A stretch of DNA of 64,000 nt from Candidatus Pacearchaeota archaeon (lineage in GTDB: Archaea > Nanobdellota > Nanobdellia > Pacearchaeales > GW2011-AR1). The DNA lies in NCBI GenBank assembly GCA_026002795.1, contig BPGA01000001.1:27470-91469 (forward strand), read 5' to 3'. A model generated the notes under the pieces. The model was not told where the DNA came from. It saw nothing but the letters and a program-made list of their open reading frames with translations, and searched no databases. Made by a program: the position numbers and the translations under genes. Numbering within the stretch: position 1 is the first letter of the stretch; each line of letters starts with the position of its first letter. Below, one piece after another: positions 31,301 through 40,094 of this stretch.

Positions 31301-31463
31301 AATTTCAGAAAAAAGCACTATTAAAAAAAGTTTTTTAAAAGAAGAAGATGAAGAGAAAATAAGAGAAATAGCTGTATTGTTTATCTTTTTAAATTTAAAT
31401 TCTGCTTTGGTTGTTTTGTTTGTTTTAATTAAAAAAGGATTTATATTTAAAAGAGCTATTTGA
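28395..31463 (+). CDS. large surface protein with cadherin-like/Ig-like domains, five identical 89-aa repeats and a C-terminal TM anchor
   Basis: 1022 aa with a signal peptide. One domain reads ...NATDPENDPLTFIIVSNPSNGS...FKANDGKLDSN (bacterial cadherin-like). It is followed by 5x KPPVIKSQPVTEVNENSHYSYQVIAEDEDGDSLTYSL... Confidence 0.75.
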   Translation: MKNFVNFLVIFVLTVVSINLISAQTVSIEFNVKDDSGNPLKESLIIIQGITNTNFSQTKITDSNGKAIFNLNKNELFSYIIYKISYEELSGSIFTNQDKVINIVLKKLPPDRWYFYRINNGELDFSFKSLDNDTNYNPNEYIKSSIEVKNIAGKRIQLLNEKSFFRTIDADTEKVLRAWGRFDFGGGKNLTEVILKEGGWIKASLIEEKAEFCGSNIIITYNNLRIELSGSESICLEDSQSYNKIPEWILKNNYKMKLDYFYKIDNIERTISFISQPFFINNTEWKPEIISFPQTEISVEEEWVYQIKLKEYPESYSPVLNLINYALMDYPEGMSIDKDKGIVKWKPTKPGEYNVTVRAYHQYFENNSDKIAFFDQSFSLKVKQEKQNNPPIAYNINITTEENKPVTFNLNATDPENDPLTFIIVSNPSNGSISNFNSSTGEITYTPNPSFFGTDSFSFKANDGKLDSNIAIVTITVNPIPKNKPPVIKSQPVTEVNENSHYSYQVIAEDEDGDSLTYSLEAPSWLSISSTGLISGIAPEVSEDVVFDVILRVSDGKDFSEQKYQLKVVNVNKPPVIKSQPVTEVNENSHYSYQVIAEDEDGDSLTYSLEAPSWLSISSTGLISGIAPEVSEDVVFDVILRVSDGKDFSEQKYQLKVVNVNKPPVIKSQPVTEVNENSHYSYQVIAEDEDGDSLTYSLEAPSWLSISSTGLISGIAPEVSEDVVFDVILRVSDGKDFSEQKYQLKVVNVNKPPVIKSQPVTEVNENSHYSYQVIAEDEDGDSLTYSLEAPSWLSISSTGLISGIAPEVSEDVVFDVILRVSDGKDFSEQKYQLKVVNVNKPPVIKSQPVTEVNENSHYSYQVIAEDEDGDSLTYSLEAPSWLSISSTGLISGIAPEVSEDVVFDVILRVSDGKDFSEQKYQLKVVNVEKKEEKREIEEKRFSFRSVEPDDFEFNIYFNQFSLPEQKSIPISEKSTIKKSFLKEEDEEKIREIAVLFIFLNLNSALVVLFVLIKKGFIFKRAI
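29844..31175 (+). repeat. 5 x 267-bp in-frame tandem repeat
   Basis: Unit starts (aaaccacctgt) at 29844, 30111, 30378, 30645 and 30912, with an exact 267-nt period. Only a handful of substitutions separate the units, and all that I checked are synonymous. Confidence 0.95.
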
Positions 31464-32635
31464 TTAAAATGAAAACTAAAATAAGATACTTGTTACCTTT
31501 CTTATTTTTTGGTTTTTTTCCTAAAGATTCAGAAGGTCAATTCAAATTAACTTTAGGAAGAGAAAAATTAGAGGTAAAAAGCGAGTATGTAGATCTCTCA
31601 TTAGAGAACTCTTTAGGAATTGAAAAAATTAGAGATATTGAAAATTTAAGAGGTGATTTTGGATTAAAGTTTAAAGATAATTATGTTTTTGTTGTAAGAA
31701 ACGGAATAAAAAATCATTTTTATGGCGCAAATATTAATTTGCCTTATTTTAAAGGTTATCATACAAGCTCTTATCAAAGTACAAGAAATGAAGACACAAA
31801 AAGACAAGAATCTCCTATAGGAGAGATAATTACTGAAACAAATATTTTGGAAGAGAAAAGAATTAATGAATATGGAACTTTTTTTGAATATGGGGGTTTT
31901 TTTGCTGGCTTTGAATTATCAAGAAAAACGTCAGAATTAAATGGAAGTGTAATAATAAGCTTACCTCAAGATCAAAATAAAACTTTTTTTTCTTCTTATA
32001 ACGAAGGAAAAGCAGAAATCTATTCTTTAGGTTTTAATAATGCTTTTCTTAAATTTATAAGAAACGAAATTTTTGAAGGAGAAAAAAGAGAAGAATTAAG
32101 AAAAAACAACTTTAATAATTTTTTAGTTGGAGCTAATTACCAAATTAAAAAAAATGATAAAGAAAAATTTAAGGTTAGTTTATACTATGGAAAAGAATTT
32201 TCTGAATTGTCAAATTTAGAAATAAGTGCATTAGCTGGATTTTTTAGATTTAATGTTTTTAAAGATTTATATTTTCATTTTTTCTTCGACGGAAAAGAAA
32301 AAAAATTTAGAGCAAGTTTATCCACAAAAAACTTTTCAGATTTGAATGAGATTGATTTTGAAAGAAGTCTTGAGAATAGGCTAAGAATTGTGCCAAGATT
32401 TTATGATAGATCTTTAGAAACAAAAAGAAAGTACCTTAATGATGCATTTTTTTTAGAACCTTTTTCTTACAGTGTTACTGTTGATGAAGAAAATATAAAT
32501 GCCTCTCTAAACTTAAACAGATTATTATTTCACTACTCAAATGATTCTTTTATTGTAGGAGCTAAATATAGGTTTTTGATAGGCACATATGATTTCAAAA
32601 AAGACGAGCTTGGATTAGGAATTTTTTTAAAATAA
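31460..32635 (+). CDS. hypothetical secreted protein, third gene of the surface operon
   Basis: 391 aa with a hydrophobic N-terminus. Its start overlaps the upstream stop by 4 nt. No family recognised. Confidence 0.4.
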   Translation: MIKMKTKIRYLLPFLFFGFFPKDSEGQFKLTLGREKLEVKSEYVDLSLENSLGIEKIRDIENLRGDFGLKFKDNYVFVVRNGIKNHFYGANINLPYFKGYHTSSYQSTRNEDTKRQESPIGEIITETNILEEKRINEYGTFFEYGGFFAGFELSRKTSELNGSVIISLPQDQNKTFFSSYNEGKAEIYSLGFNNAFLKFIRNEIFEGEKREELRKNNFNNFLVGANYQIKKNDKEKFKVSLYYGKEFSELSNLEISALAGFFRFNVFKDLYFHFFFDGKEKKFRASLSTKNFSDLNEIDFERSLENRLRIVPRFYDRSLETKRKYLNDAFFLEPFSYSVTVDEENINASLNLNRLLFHYSNDSFIVGAKYRFLIGTYDFKKDELGLGIFLK

Positions 32636-32664
32636 TAATTCTAAATTAATCTAAATTAAATAAC

Positions 32665-32735
32665 GGGCCTGTAGTTTAACGGTAAAACGCATCCCTGGCT
32701 TGGATGAGATCCGCGTTCAATTCGCGGCAGGTCCA
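32665..32735 (+). tRNA. tRNA-Ala(GGC)
   Basis: Acceptor GGGCCTG/CAGGTCC gives the G3:U70 alanine identity pair. The anticodon loop is CTGGCTT and the T arm is CCGCG-TTCAATT-CGCGG. Confidence 0.9.
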
Positions 32736-33244
32736 ATATTTAATCTAACAAAATTAACAATAATCTCTTTATTTCTTACCTCTGGATGAAAAAGAGTTGC
32801 ATAAAAATTTTCTTTTTGAAAAGTCTCAGGAAGAGCTCTAAACTGGTTAAGATGGTAAGCATTAATTTCTCCTTTTACGCCTAAAAATTCTTTTTTAATA
32901 GTTATTTTTTTAAACCCTATGCTTGGTTTTTTTTGTTTTTTAAGTTTACATCCTAATAGCAAGCCAATAATATGTGCTCCTCCACAAATTCCTAGAACTG
33001 GCTTTTTAAACTTAAGAAGAAAATCAAATTTTTTTAAATTATTAAGAAATTCATTATCAGATAAACTCGTTCCGCAAATTATTATTTTTTCTACCTTAAG
33101 AGGGTTTTTATTTATAATGTCGTCAATTTCTTTATAGTGCTTGGTTAAAAATTTTACATTCTCTTTTTTTAAAATATCTTCAATTGGTTTTACAAATTCC
33201 AAGGCATGAAGAGGCTCTTTGCAGATGTTGATTAGTAGAATCAT
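32717..33244 (-). CDS. class I glutamine amidotransferase (GuaA-A/GATase1-like)
   Basis: 175 aa with nucleophile elbow LGICGGAHII and a C-terminal HPE. The last 19 nt overlap tRNA-Ala on the opposite strand. Confidence 0.6.
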   Translation of the reverse strand: MILLINICKEPLHALEFVKPIEDILKKENVKFLTKHYKEIDDIINKNPLKVEKIIICGTSLSDNEFLNNLKKFDFLLKFKKPVLGICGGAHIIGLLLGCKLKKQKKPSIGFKKITIKKEFLGVKGEINAYHLNQFRALPETFQKENFYATLFHPEVRNKEIIVNFVRLNIGPAAN

Positions 33245-33251
33245 TTTATAA

Positions 33252-33923
33252 CTACCGAATATCTAAGTCCATTCTCCAAGAATTTTTTTCACCAGAAAAT
33301 TTAGCTCCTATAACTTTTAATGGTCTTTTAAAAAGAGGGCATTCTAAAACAAAGGTTTCAAATTCACCTCCTTCACCAGCTGGATTTATTTTGTATTTTT
33401 CTTTAAGTTCTTTAACTTCTTCTATAAATTTTTTATCTATTTCTCTGCCAAGCCAAGAAGCATTAAAAGGATAAGAAAAAACACCAGTAATAATAACTTT
33501 AAATTTTTCTTTTAAAAGCTCTTCTAAAAGTTCTATCTGATCTTTCTGCCACAACGGATTAAAACACTCTAAATTAAGTTTATTGCAAATTTTTTGAATT
33601 CTAGAGGCTTGATAAACACTTTCTATTGCTCCTGTAACAATTCCTTCTATTTTATATTTTTTTATTGCTTCTTTTATTGCGTCTTCTAAATCAATTAGTT
33701 CTTTTTCTTTAATCCCTTTTGTTTCTTTTATAATTAAAGGGATGCCCATCTCTTTTGCTTGTTTTTCTGTTTTTGAGATGCTTGGTGTATGAAACATAAA
33801 ACTTTCTTCGTTTTTTGAGATTATTGTTATTAAGCAACTAATTCCATAACCTAATTTTTTTGTAAGCCAGGCTGAATATGTAGAATCTTTTCCTCCTGAA
33901 AATAAAACCCCCACTTTCATCAA
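33252..33923 (-). CDS. PP-loop ATP pyrophosphatase, diphthine--ammonia ligase (Dph6/MJ0570-like)
   Basis: 223 aa with the SGGKDS PP-loop at the N-terminus and the EGGEFETFV motif. Confidence 0.75.
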   Translation of the reverse strand: MMKVGVLFSGGKDSTYSAWLTKKLGYGISCLITIISKNEESFMFHTPSISKTEKQAKEMGIPLIIKETKGIKEKELIDLEDAIKEAIKKYKIEGIVTGAIESVYQASRIQKICNKLNLECFNPLWQKDQIELLEELLKEKFKVIITGVFSYPFNASWLGREIDKKFIEEVKELKEKYKINPAGEGGEFETFVLECPLFKRPLKVIGAKFSGEKNSWRMDLDIR

Positions 33924-34031
33924 GAAAAGAAATTTTTTGACTTTTTAAGCTGTTTTATTTTTTAATGTATACTCTGAGAAAATTATAAATTATTTTTATA
34001 CTTTTAATAAGTTATTTCTTATATTAATAAA

Positions 34032-34865
34032 CTATTGTGTTTCTTTAAACTTTTCATTAATAGAACCAACTTCAGAACTAAAGTCAAAATTTTCAGTATT
34101 TTCTTTAAAATAAGTTTCGCTCAGCCATATATAGAAATCTTCAAATGGAATTTCTTGTTCAAGCCAGAGTTTTTTTTGATGATCAAGATGTAAAAGACCT
34201 ACAAAATTAATTAATCTTTCTTCTTTATCTGCTTCTTTTCCTACGAATTCATTAAAAGAAATTTTTTTAAGTTGTTCTTTTTTTAAGCTTTCAATAACTT
34301 TTTGATAGATTTCAATAATTTTATTTTTTATACTTATAGATTTTTTTGGAAGAACAAATGAAATCTCTATGTTTGCTCTTTTCTTTATAATTTCTCTTTT
34401 AATTCTTCTATTTTCTGTTTTTATTGCTTTACTTAAAGCTTCTATGAGTTCATTAAGGGTAACTTTTCTTACTCTTGGTAGAGGGCTTTTTGGAATTATC
34501 TCTGGAATTTCTTCTTTGTCTTCTAAAGAAATTTCTAAGACATTGCTTTTTTCATTAATAATGCTTTTTTCTTTAGGAAAAAGTATTTCATCTATTGATT
34601 TAATATGCTTATTCAATAAAAACTCTGCCTTAATCCTCAAAAGAATTGCTGCTGCAAGCAAAACTTTACTGGAAATAAAGAAATCTGTTTCTTCAAGCTC
34701 TTTTATTTTTTCAAGGTATTTATCAGTAAGATAAACAATATCAACATCCCAAGGATCTAGTTGTTCTGTATTTATAAGATCATAAATTATTTCTTGCCAA
34801 CCAATTTCCCTGTTAAAGAGTAAGTTATGAATTTGCTCTTGTTTTATGTTATTATCTTTTTGCAT
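34032..34865 (-). CDS. scpA: segregation and condensation protein A (kleisin)
   Basis: 277 aa. The N-terminal segment ...LDPWDVDIVYLTDKYLEKI...ISSKVLLAAAILLRIKAE is typical of ScpA. Confidence 0.7.
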   Translation of the reverse strand: MQKDNNIKQEQIHNLLFNREIGWQEIIYDLINTEQLDPWDVDIVYLTDKYLEKIKELEETDFFISSKVLLAAAILLRIKAEFLLNKHIKSIDEILFPKEKSIINEKSNVLEISLEDKEEIPEIIPKSPLPRVRKVTLNELIEALSKAIKTENRRIKREIIKKRANIEISFVLPKKSISIKNKIIEIYQKVIESLKKEQLKKISFNEFVGKEADKEERLINFVGLLHLDHQKKLWLEQEIPFEDFYIWLSETYFKENTENFDFSSEVGSINEKFKETQ

Positions 34866-35166
34866 CTTAATTATTTTTATTTATACATAAAATATACATA
34901 AAAAATAGTTTTTTTATTTTATAATGTTTATGATTTTTTTACTTTTAAAGTTTAATAAAGACAAATTTTCAGCAGTTTATAGCTTTTTCAGATGTTTTTT
35001 ATATAATTGTAGTTGTTAAAAATTAATTTGTAGTGTTTAAATTTTTGTGTTAAGTAAGATTAAAATTACTACTTTACATTAATCATTGGATGTCATTTTC
35101 AAAGAGTAACATTATAGAAAGATTTATAAACTTGTTCTAACTTAATTAAATTATCACCTCTTTTTC

Positions 35167-35223
35167 CCCAGGAGAGGCTTCGGATCAAGCTGGTTTTATT
35201 CAGGATCCGAAACTCTCCCAGGG
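35167..35223. other. GC-rich imperfect 57-nt hairpin in a 557-bp AT-rich intergenic region; candidate structured RNA or protein-binding palindrome
   Basis: Arms CCCAGGAGAGGCTTCGGATC and GATCCGAAACTCTCCCAGGG give about 17 pairs with small internal loops, around a 17-nt loop. It is the only GC-rich patch between 34866 and 35422. Confidence 0.35.
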
Positions 35224-35422
35224 TTTTGGATTATTAGAATGGATTATTATAATGAAAACTAGTTTAACATAAAACTAATTTAACATAATAAAGGCCATTT
35301 ACTGCTATTATTATGATTAGTATTTTCTTATTGATTATTATATATTTTTATTTATTATTATATTCTTTTTATTATACTTCTTAATAAATAATATTAAAAA
35401 ATGCTTATTTATTTCTTTTTTT

Positions 35423-35797
35423 ATGGATAGAAGATTTTTGTCTAAAAAATCGTCTAAAGGTTCTAGAGGGTTAGAAGAAATCTGCTCTTGGGAAATTTTA
35501 ATTCCTCATGATAAATGGGAGAGAGTTAAGGCAGATATAAACAGAATTGTTAAAAGACACGGAGAGATTCCTGTAAGTGGTGGTGGTAGATGCATAGGCA
35601 AGGGTTTTGAGTTGTATGCTGGTTTTAAACAAATTGAAAATTGTATTTATTTAAATGTCTCGATAAGGTCAAAAGAAGTAATCCCTATATTGTTAATTGG
35701 TGAAATTAATGATTATGTAATGCGTAATTTGGATTGTATAGTTTCATATGAAAATAAATTTAGAAATTTAAGTTTTAGGTATAATGATAGACAATAA
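35423..35797 (+). CDS. hypothetical protein
   Basis: 124-aa ORF. No family recognised. Confidence 0.35.
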   Translation: MDRRFLSKKSSKGSRGLEEICSWEILIPHDKWERVKADINRIVKRHGEIPVSGGGRCIGKGFELYAGFKQIENCIYLNVSIRSKEVIPILLIGEINDYVMRNLDCIVSYENKFRNLSFRYNDRQ

Positions 35798-35828
35798 TCT
35801 AAAATAACAAAAATCTTAAGATACTTTA

Positions 35829-36050
35829 TTATTGTGCTTCTTTTTTGTTTTTTTGTTGGCTTATAAATTCACTATAATGACATTTACCACAATAAAGCCT
35901 GTCTTTTGCTTTCATTAAAAAAACTCCAGGACCACACCTAATACAGAATTTTTCTCTTACAATTTTATCTCCTTCTATAATATATTTTTTATATTTCTTA
36001 CTTGTTGGTTTGTTTTTATGCGGTTTTTTTCCTTTTTTTCCTTTTACCAT
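35829..36050 (-). CDS. rps27ae: ribosomal protein eS31 (S27ae)
   Basis: 73 aa, basic, with zinc ribbon CIRCGPGVF...CGKCHY. Confidence 0.85.
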   Translation of the reverse strand: MVKGKKGKKPHKNKPTSKKYKKYIIEGDKIVREKFCIRCGPGVFLMKAKDRLYCGKCHYSEFISQQKNKKEAQ

Positions 36051-36057
36051 TTTTTTA

Positions 36058-36417
36058 CTAAGAAGCTACTGGTGTATTTTCTTCAATAGATTCTTCTTTA
36101 ACTTGAATAAGATTAGTTTCTTGTGTGCCTTGCAAACTTTGCTTTTTTTCTAACTCTGCTTCTTTCTTTTTTTTAAACTCTATTAAATTTTTTTGTTCTT
36201 TATTCTTGTAAATTCTCGCCTCAAAATTAAAAATCCTAGACCCAAAACTTCCTTTTATTGAAGCTATTTTTATGTTTTCTTTGTCTGTTTTATAATTTTT
36301 TGAAAGAATATCCAAAAGCTCTTCTCTAGAAGGTATCTTTTCAGATTCGATCTTACCTCTAATTTCTTTTCTTTCAAAAATTTTATTCTCTTTTTCTTCT
36401 TCAATATGAATTTTCAT
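36058..36417 (-). CDS. rps24e: ribosomal protein eS24 (S24e)
   Basis: 119 aa. The N-terminal MKIHIEEEKENKIFERKEIRGKI... pattern and the conserved position between spt4 and rps27ae support the call. Confidence 0.8.
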   Translation of the reverse strand: MKIHIEEEKENKIFERKEIRGKIESEKIPSREELLDILSKNYKTDKENIKIASIKGSFGSRIFNFEARIYKNKEQKNLIEFKKKKEAELEKKQSLQGTQETNLIQVKEESIEENTPVAS

Positions 36418-36602
36418 CTTGTTTTTATAGCGTAATTTCCTTTTTTCTTTATGTTTATCTTTTGAGCTATTTCTGATTTTTCTGGGTTAAGAATTAAAAT
36501 TCTTCCTTTAAAAGATTCTGTTGATTCTTTAGAATTGCAATTAGGGCAGTTTTCTCCTTCATATATAGTATTGCATTCTTTACACGCTTTTTGTTTACTC
36601 AT
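36414..36602 (-). CDS. spt4: transcription elongation factor Spt4 (RpoE'')
   Basis: 62 aa with zinc ribbon CKEC...CPNC followed by GRILILNPEKSEIA. Confidence 0.85.
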   Translation of the reverse strand: MSKQKACKECNTIYEGENCPNCNSKESTESFKGRILILNPEKSEIAQKINIKKKGNYAIKTR

Positions 36603-36609
36603 TTTTATT

Positions 36610-36840
36610 CTAAGTTTTTTTAAGTTTAAGAACTAGTCCGCCATCTTCAAATCTGACAGACCTCTGATTTATTTTTATTTTTTTTCCTGAATTTGTTACA
36701 AAGAAATAACCTTGTCTTCCTCTTACTCCGTTTAATTCATTTCCTGAAATATAGTCCTTAATAACTCTGCCAATATATCTCTCTTCGCCAACCTTTAGAT
36801 ATATTTCTTTACCAAGATACCTTCTCAAACTTTTTACCAT
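36610..36840 (-). CDS. small basic protein, possibly Sm-like fold
   Basis: 76 aa. LRRYLGKEIYLKVGEERYIGRVI loosely resembles an Sm1 motif. It lies inside the rpoE'-spt4 operon. Confidence 0.3.
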   Translation of the reverse strand: MVKSLRRYLGKEIYLKVGEERYIGRVIKDYISGNELNGVRGRQGYFFVTNSGKKIKINQRSVRFEDGGLVLKLKKT

Positions 36841-36856
36841 TTTTTTCTTTAATTTT

Positions 36857-37441
36857 TTATTTTTTTAATTTTTGCTCTTTTTGTAATTTTTTTATTTCTT
36901 TTTCTTTTTTTATTTTTTCTTCTTTAATCCAGTCAAGTTTTCCAAGACCAGGTTGTCTCATTGTTAAACCTATTTTAACTTCACTTCCTTTATGACTTAT
37001 AGCAATAATTCTTGCTAAACACAAATCTCCTTGTTTTAGAACTTTTTTAGTGCTTTTGCCTGTTAAAGTATTTGTTTTACTAAAACTCACGTAATCCTCC
37101 ATTGTTTGACTTATGTGTATCATACCTTTCATTACTCCTAGATTCATGAATGCTCCAAAATTTGTTATTTCTGAAATAATTGAGAAAACAAGCTCATTAA
37201 TTTCAGGTTTCCAAACTAACAATTTAAATTTTGTTTGATAATAAGCTGCTCCATCTCCGGGAATTAAAATTCCTTCTTTAACTTCCAAAACAGAAATTAC
37301 AGAGATTACTTTTCCTATTTCTTTATCATAATAATCTCTATAAGTTTCTTTAAGCTGTTTTTCAACGGCTTCTAAAGTTGGAATTCCAAATAATCTTGGT
37401 TCAACACGAACATGGTCTTCTAATTCAACAATGTAGAACAT
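36857..37441 (-). CDS. rpoE: DNA-directed RNA polymerase subunit E' (Rpo7) with S1 domain
   Basis: 194 aa. It starts MFYIVELEDHVRVEPRLFG and has S1-like ...GAFMNLGVMKGMIHISQ. Confidence 0.9.
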   Translation of the reverse strand: MFYIVELEDHVRVEPRLFGIPTLEAVEKQLKETYRDYYDKEIGKVISVISVLEVKEGILIPGDGAAYYQTKFKLLVWKPEINELVFSIISEITNFGAFMNLGVMKGMIHISQTMEDYVSFSKTNTLTGKSTKKVLKQGDLCLARIIAISHKGSEVKIGLTMRQPGLGKLDWIKEEKIKKEKEIKKLQKEQKLKK

Positions 37442-37481
37442 TTTTACAAAAAAAATAGTAAAAAATGGTTTAAAAAGTTTA

Positions 37482-37931
37482 TCTATCGAAATTTTTTTGC
37501 CTTATTAAAAAATAAGAAGAAATTGCTTCTTTCATTAATTTTGTTAACTCTAATTGGTTTCTTGAAGAGAAACTATAACTCATCTCTTCTAAATCATCTT
37601 CTAAACTTGTTTGTAAAATTAAAGCTTCAAAATAATCTCTTCTACCTGGTTGTGGTTGAAATTCAAAGGTTGCAGAATTAAAAGGATTTTCTCTTTGATA
37701 AACAACTAAGTTTAACCTTTCTAGGTGTGTTGTAACTTTTCTAGGACTTTCTTCTGATTTTCCATAGCCATGGCCTTTAAAAGACCATCTTAAGCTAACA
37801 CCAAGTTTTTCTTCAAGATACGGAAATAGGTTTTGTTGAATTTCTGACGAGTTTATAGGAAAAGGAAAGTTTATTGTTGTCTTTTCAATAAACTCTAGCT
37901 GTTTATCTTCGTTTATAAAAATTTCTCGTAT
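37482..37931 (-). other. 150-codon open frame with no ATG, GTG or TTG start (unannotated gene or decayed gene)
   Basis: Hand translation gives IREIFINEDKQLEF...GRRDYFEALILQTSLEDDLEEM...QKNFDR, followed by a stop codon. The only in-frame Met is 34 codons from the end. It fills the gap between the PIN gene and rpoE', and a ttttataa TATA-like box lies about 25-30 nt upstream of the first sense codon (ATA). Confidence 0.4.
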
Positions 37932-37978
37932 CTAAGATTTAAAAACTTATGTGTTAAGAATTATAAAATGAAATTGAC

Positions 37979-38317
37979 TTAAATAATTTCGATTTTTTTT
38001 ATTTTTCTTATAATCATTTTTCTATTTTTTAACTTCTTTATTAATCCTTGATCCATTGTTGCTATTATTGCGTTTGGATTTTTTTTTGCATATTTAAGAA
38101 TAGCTTCATCTGCATCTTTTCCTTTAATATTTAGAATATAAAATTTATTTTTTAGAATTATTTTTAAAGCTAATCTTGCGCCTAAATTTTTAAGCTCTTT
38201 AAAAACTTGTAGAGGTATAATGCATTTAAAACCTTCATTCTCAATTTTCTCAAAAAAATCTACTTTTTGCTTTACTGCAATTAAAATAAAACTTGTATCT
38301 AAAACAACCTCTCTCAT
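37979..38317 (-). CDS. PIN-domain protein (Fcf1/Utp24-like)
   Basis: 112 aa with VLDTSFIL at the N-terminus and ATMDQGL near the C-terminus. A PIN gene upstream of rpoE' is a common archaeal arrangement. Confidence 0.6.
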   Translation of the reverse strand: MREVVLDTSFILIAVKQKVDFFEKIENEGFKCIIPLQVFKELKNLGARLALKIILKNKFYILNIKGKDADEAILKYAKKNPNAIIATMDQGLIKKLKNRKMIIRKIKKIEII

Positions 38318-38368
38318 TTTGTCTAAAATGCAACAATCATTATAAATTCTGCTGTTTTTTATTTTTTA

Positions 38369-38611
38369 ATGTTAATAATGTCAAAACCCGGTATCATACT
38401 AGAATATCATGAAGAGAATAATGAATCAGATAAAGAATTGTTTCTTTATAAAGTAGGTGGGGGGTTGCCTCCAAAAAAAGAGGTGGTTTATCATAAAAAA
38501 ATACCTAAAAAAATAAATTTAAGAAAGCCTAAGATTTACGAAATTTTTTATAATGAAAATGAAATTGAGGTAATAAAAAAAAGGTTGGAAGAGTTAGTAA
38601 ATGAAATTTAA
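38369..38611 (+). CDS. hypothetical protein
   Basis: 80-aa ORF. No family recognised. Confidence 0.3.
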   Translation: MLIMSKPGIILEYHEENNESDKELFLYKVGGGLPPKKEVVYHKKIPKKINLRKPKIYEIFYNENEIEVIKKRLEELVNEI

Positions 38612-38652
38612 ATCAAACTAAAGTTTATAAGTATCAAAAAATTTTAAATTAA

Positions 38653-39213
38653 ATGTATGAGAGAGATAATATTTTAAGGATTTTTAAAGAAGTTAAGAAT
38701 TCTTTAGAAAAAGGAGATGTTGCAAAAATAAAATCATTAAGTGATCAAACAACAAATAGTGCTGCTTTAACATTAGATCCTGATAATATCGCTGCTGCGG
38801 TTATTGTTTATTCTTTAAGTAAAATACTTGAAAGAGAACAATACAAAAAACTTCCTGGTTGGAATTCTTTTTACAGGATATATTCTACTAGTATAGATAA
38901 TATAATAAAGGCAATAGAAAAAAAAGATGATTTAAGTTATAGAAAAGAAATTGAAAAAATAAGAAACGCAATAGAAAAAATTTCTGGAGGTTTAAAAGAG
39001 AATATTAAAGATGTTTTTAGAAAGGCAAGCATAAATAAAGCTTCAAAACTTTATGAGCATGGCATTTCAATGGAAAAAACTGCAAGACTTTTAAATGTTA
39101 GTTTAGCTGAATTAGCGAGTTATGCTGCTGAAAAAGAAATCTATGATATTCCAGAATCAAAAACAATCCCTATAAAACAAAGACTAAAAACAGCAATTGA
39201 TTTTTTTAGTTAG
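38653..39213 (+). CDS. hypothetical protein with possible C-terminal HTH
   Basis: 186 aa, helical, with the segment MEKTARLLNVSLAELASY. Confidence 0.35.
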   Translation: MYERDNILRIFKEVKNSLEKGDVAKIKSLSDQTTNSAALTLDPDNIAAAVIVYSLSKILEREQYKKLPGWNSFYRIYSTSIDNIIKAIEKKDDLSYRKEIEKIRNAIEKISGGLKENIKDVFRKASINKASKLYEHGISMEKTARLLNVSLAELASYAAEKEIYDIPESKTIPIKQRLKTAIDFFS

Positions 39214-39264
39214 TTTAAAAGAAATTTGATAAAAAGTTAAAAATAAAAAAGAAAACAAAGAAAG

Positions 39265-40002
39265 ATGAAGAGAGAAAATACAATAAAAAATTTTGTAAAA
39301 AAAAGAGAAAAAGAAGAAAAGGTTTTAATTTTTGATTCAGGAGCTTTAATAAGTCTTTCAATGGCTGGCCTTTTAGATATTTTAAAAGATATAAAAAAAA
39401 TTTTTAATGGTAAATTTTTAGTTACTCGGGAAGTAAAAAACGAGATTCTGGATGAACCAATAAAAAATAAGAAATTTGAACTAGAAGCATTAAGAATGAA
39501 AAATCTTTTTGATTTAAAGGTTCTTGAGTTGCCTTCTGTTCTTAATTTAAATGAAAAAGAAATTTCTGAGTATGCTATAGAAATTATGGAGCTTGCAAAT
39601 ACTTCATTTAAAGGAGACAATAAAGATATTCATCTTCTCGACATAGGAGAGTGCTCTTGTTTAGCTTTAAGTAATATTCTTACAAAAAATGGAATAAAAA
39701 ACCTTCTTGTCATTGATGAAAGAACAACAAGAATGCTTGTTGAAAGTCATGAAAATTTAAGATTTTTTTTGGAAAGAAAGTTGCATGTTAAGATAACAAT
39801 AAATCATGCTAATGTTGGTTTTTTTAAAAATTTTAAAGTTATAAGATCTACAGAATTAATTTATGTTGCATATAAAAAAGGACTTATTGATATGAAAGAT
39901 GGCTCTTTAGTTTTAGATGCTTTACTTTATGCTTTAAAATTTAAAGGAGCAAGTATTTCTTTTGAGGAAATTGAAGAAATAAAAAGGCTTGAGAAGTTAT
40001 AA
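39265..40002 (+). CDS. hypothetical protein, possible PIN-like fold
   Basis: 245 aa with acidic motifs LIFDSGAL, LLDIGECS and VIDERTT spaced like a PIN domain. Confidence 0.35.
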   Translation: MKRENTIKNFVKKREKEEKVLIFDSGALISLSMAGLLDILKDIKKIFNGKFLVTREVKNEILDEPIKNKKFELEALRMKNLFDLKVLELPSVLNLNEKEISEYAIEIMELANTSFKGDNKDIHLLDIGECSCLALSNILTKNGIKNLLVIDERTTRMLVESHENLRFFLERKLHVKITINHANVGFFKNFKVIRSTELIYVAYKKGLIDMKDGSLVLDALLYALKFKGASISFEEIEEIKRLEKL

Positions 40003-40094
40003 TTAAAAATTATAGCTAAAAATAGTTTAGGCATATTTATAGGATAAATATAAAAATTAATAAATTAAATTTAAGGAATATTAAAATAGTTAAA

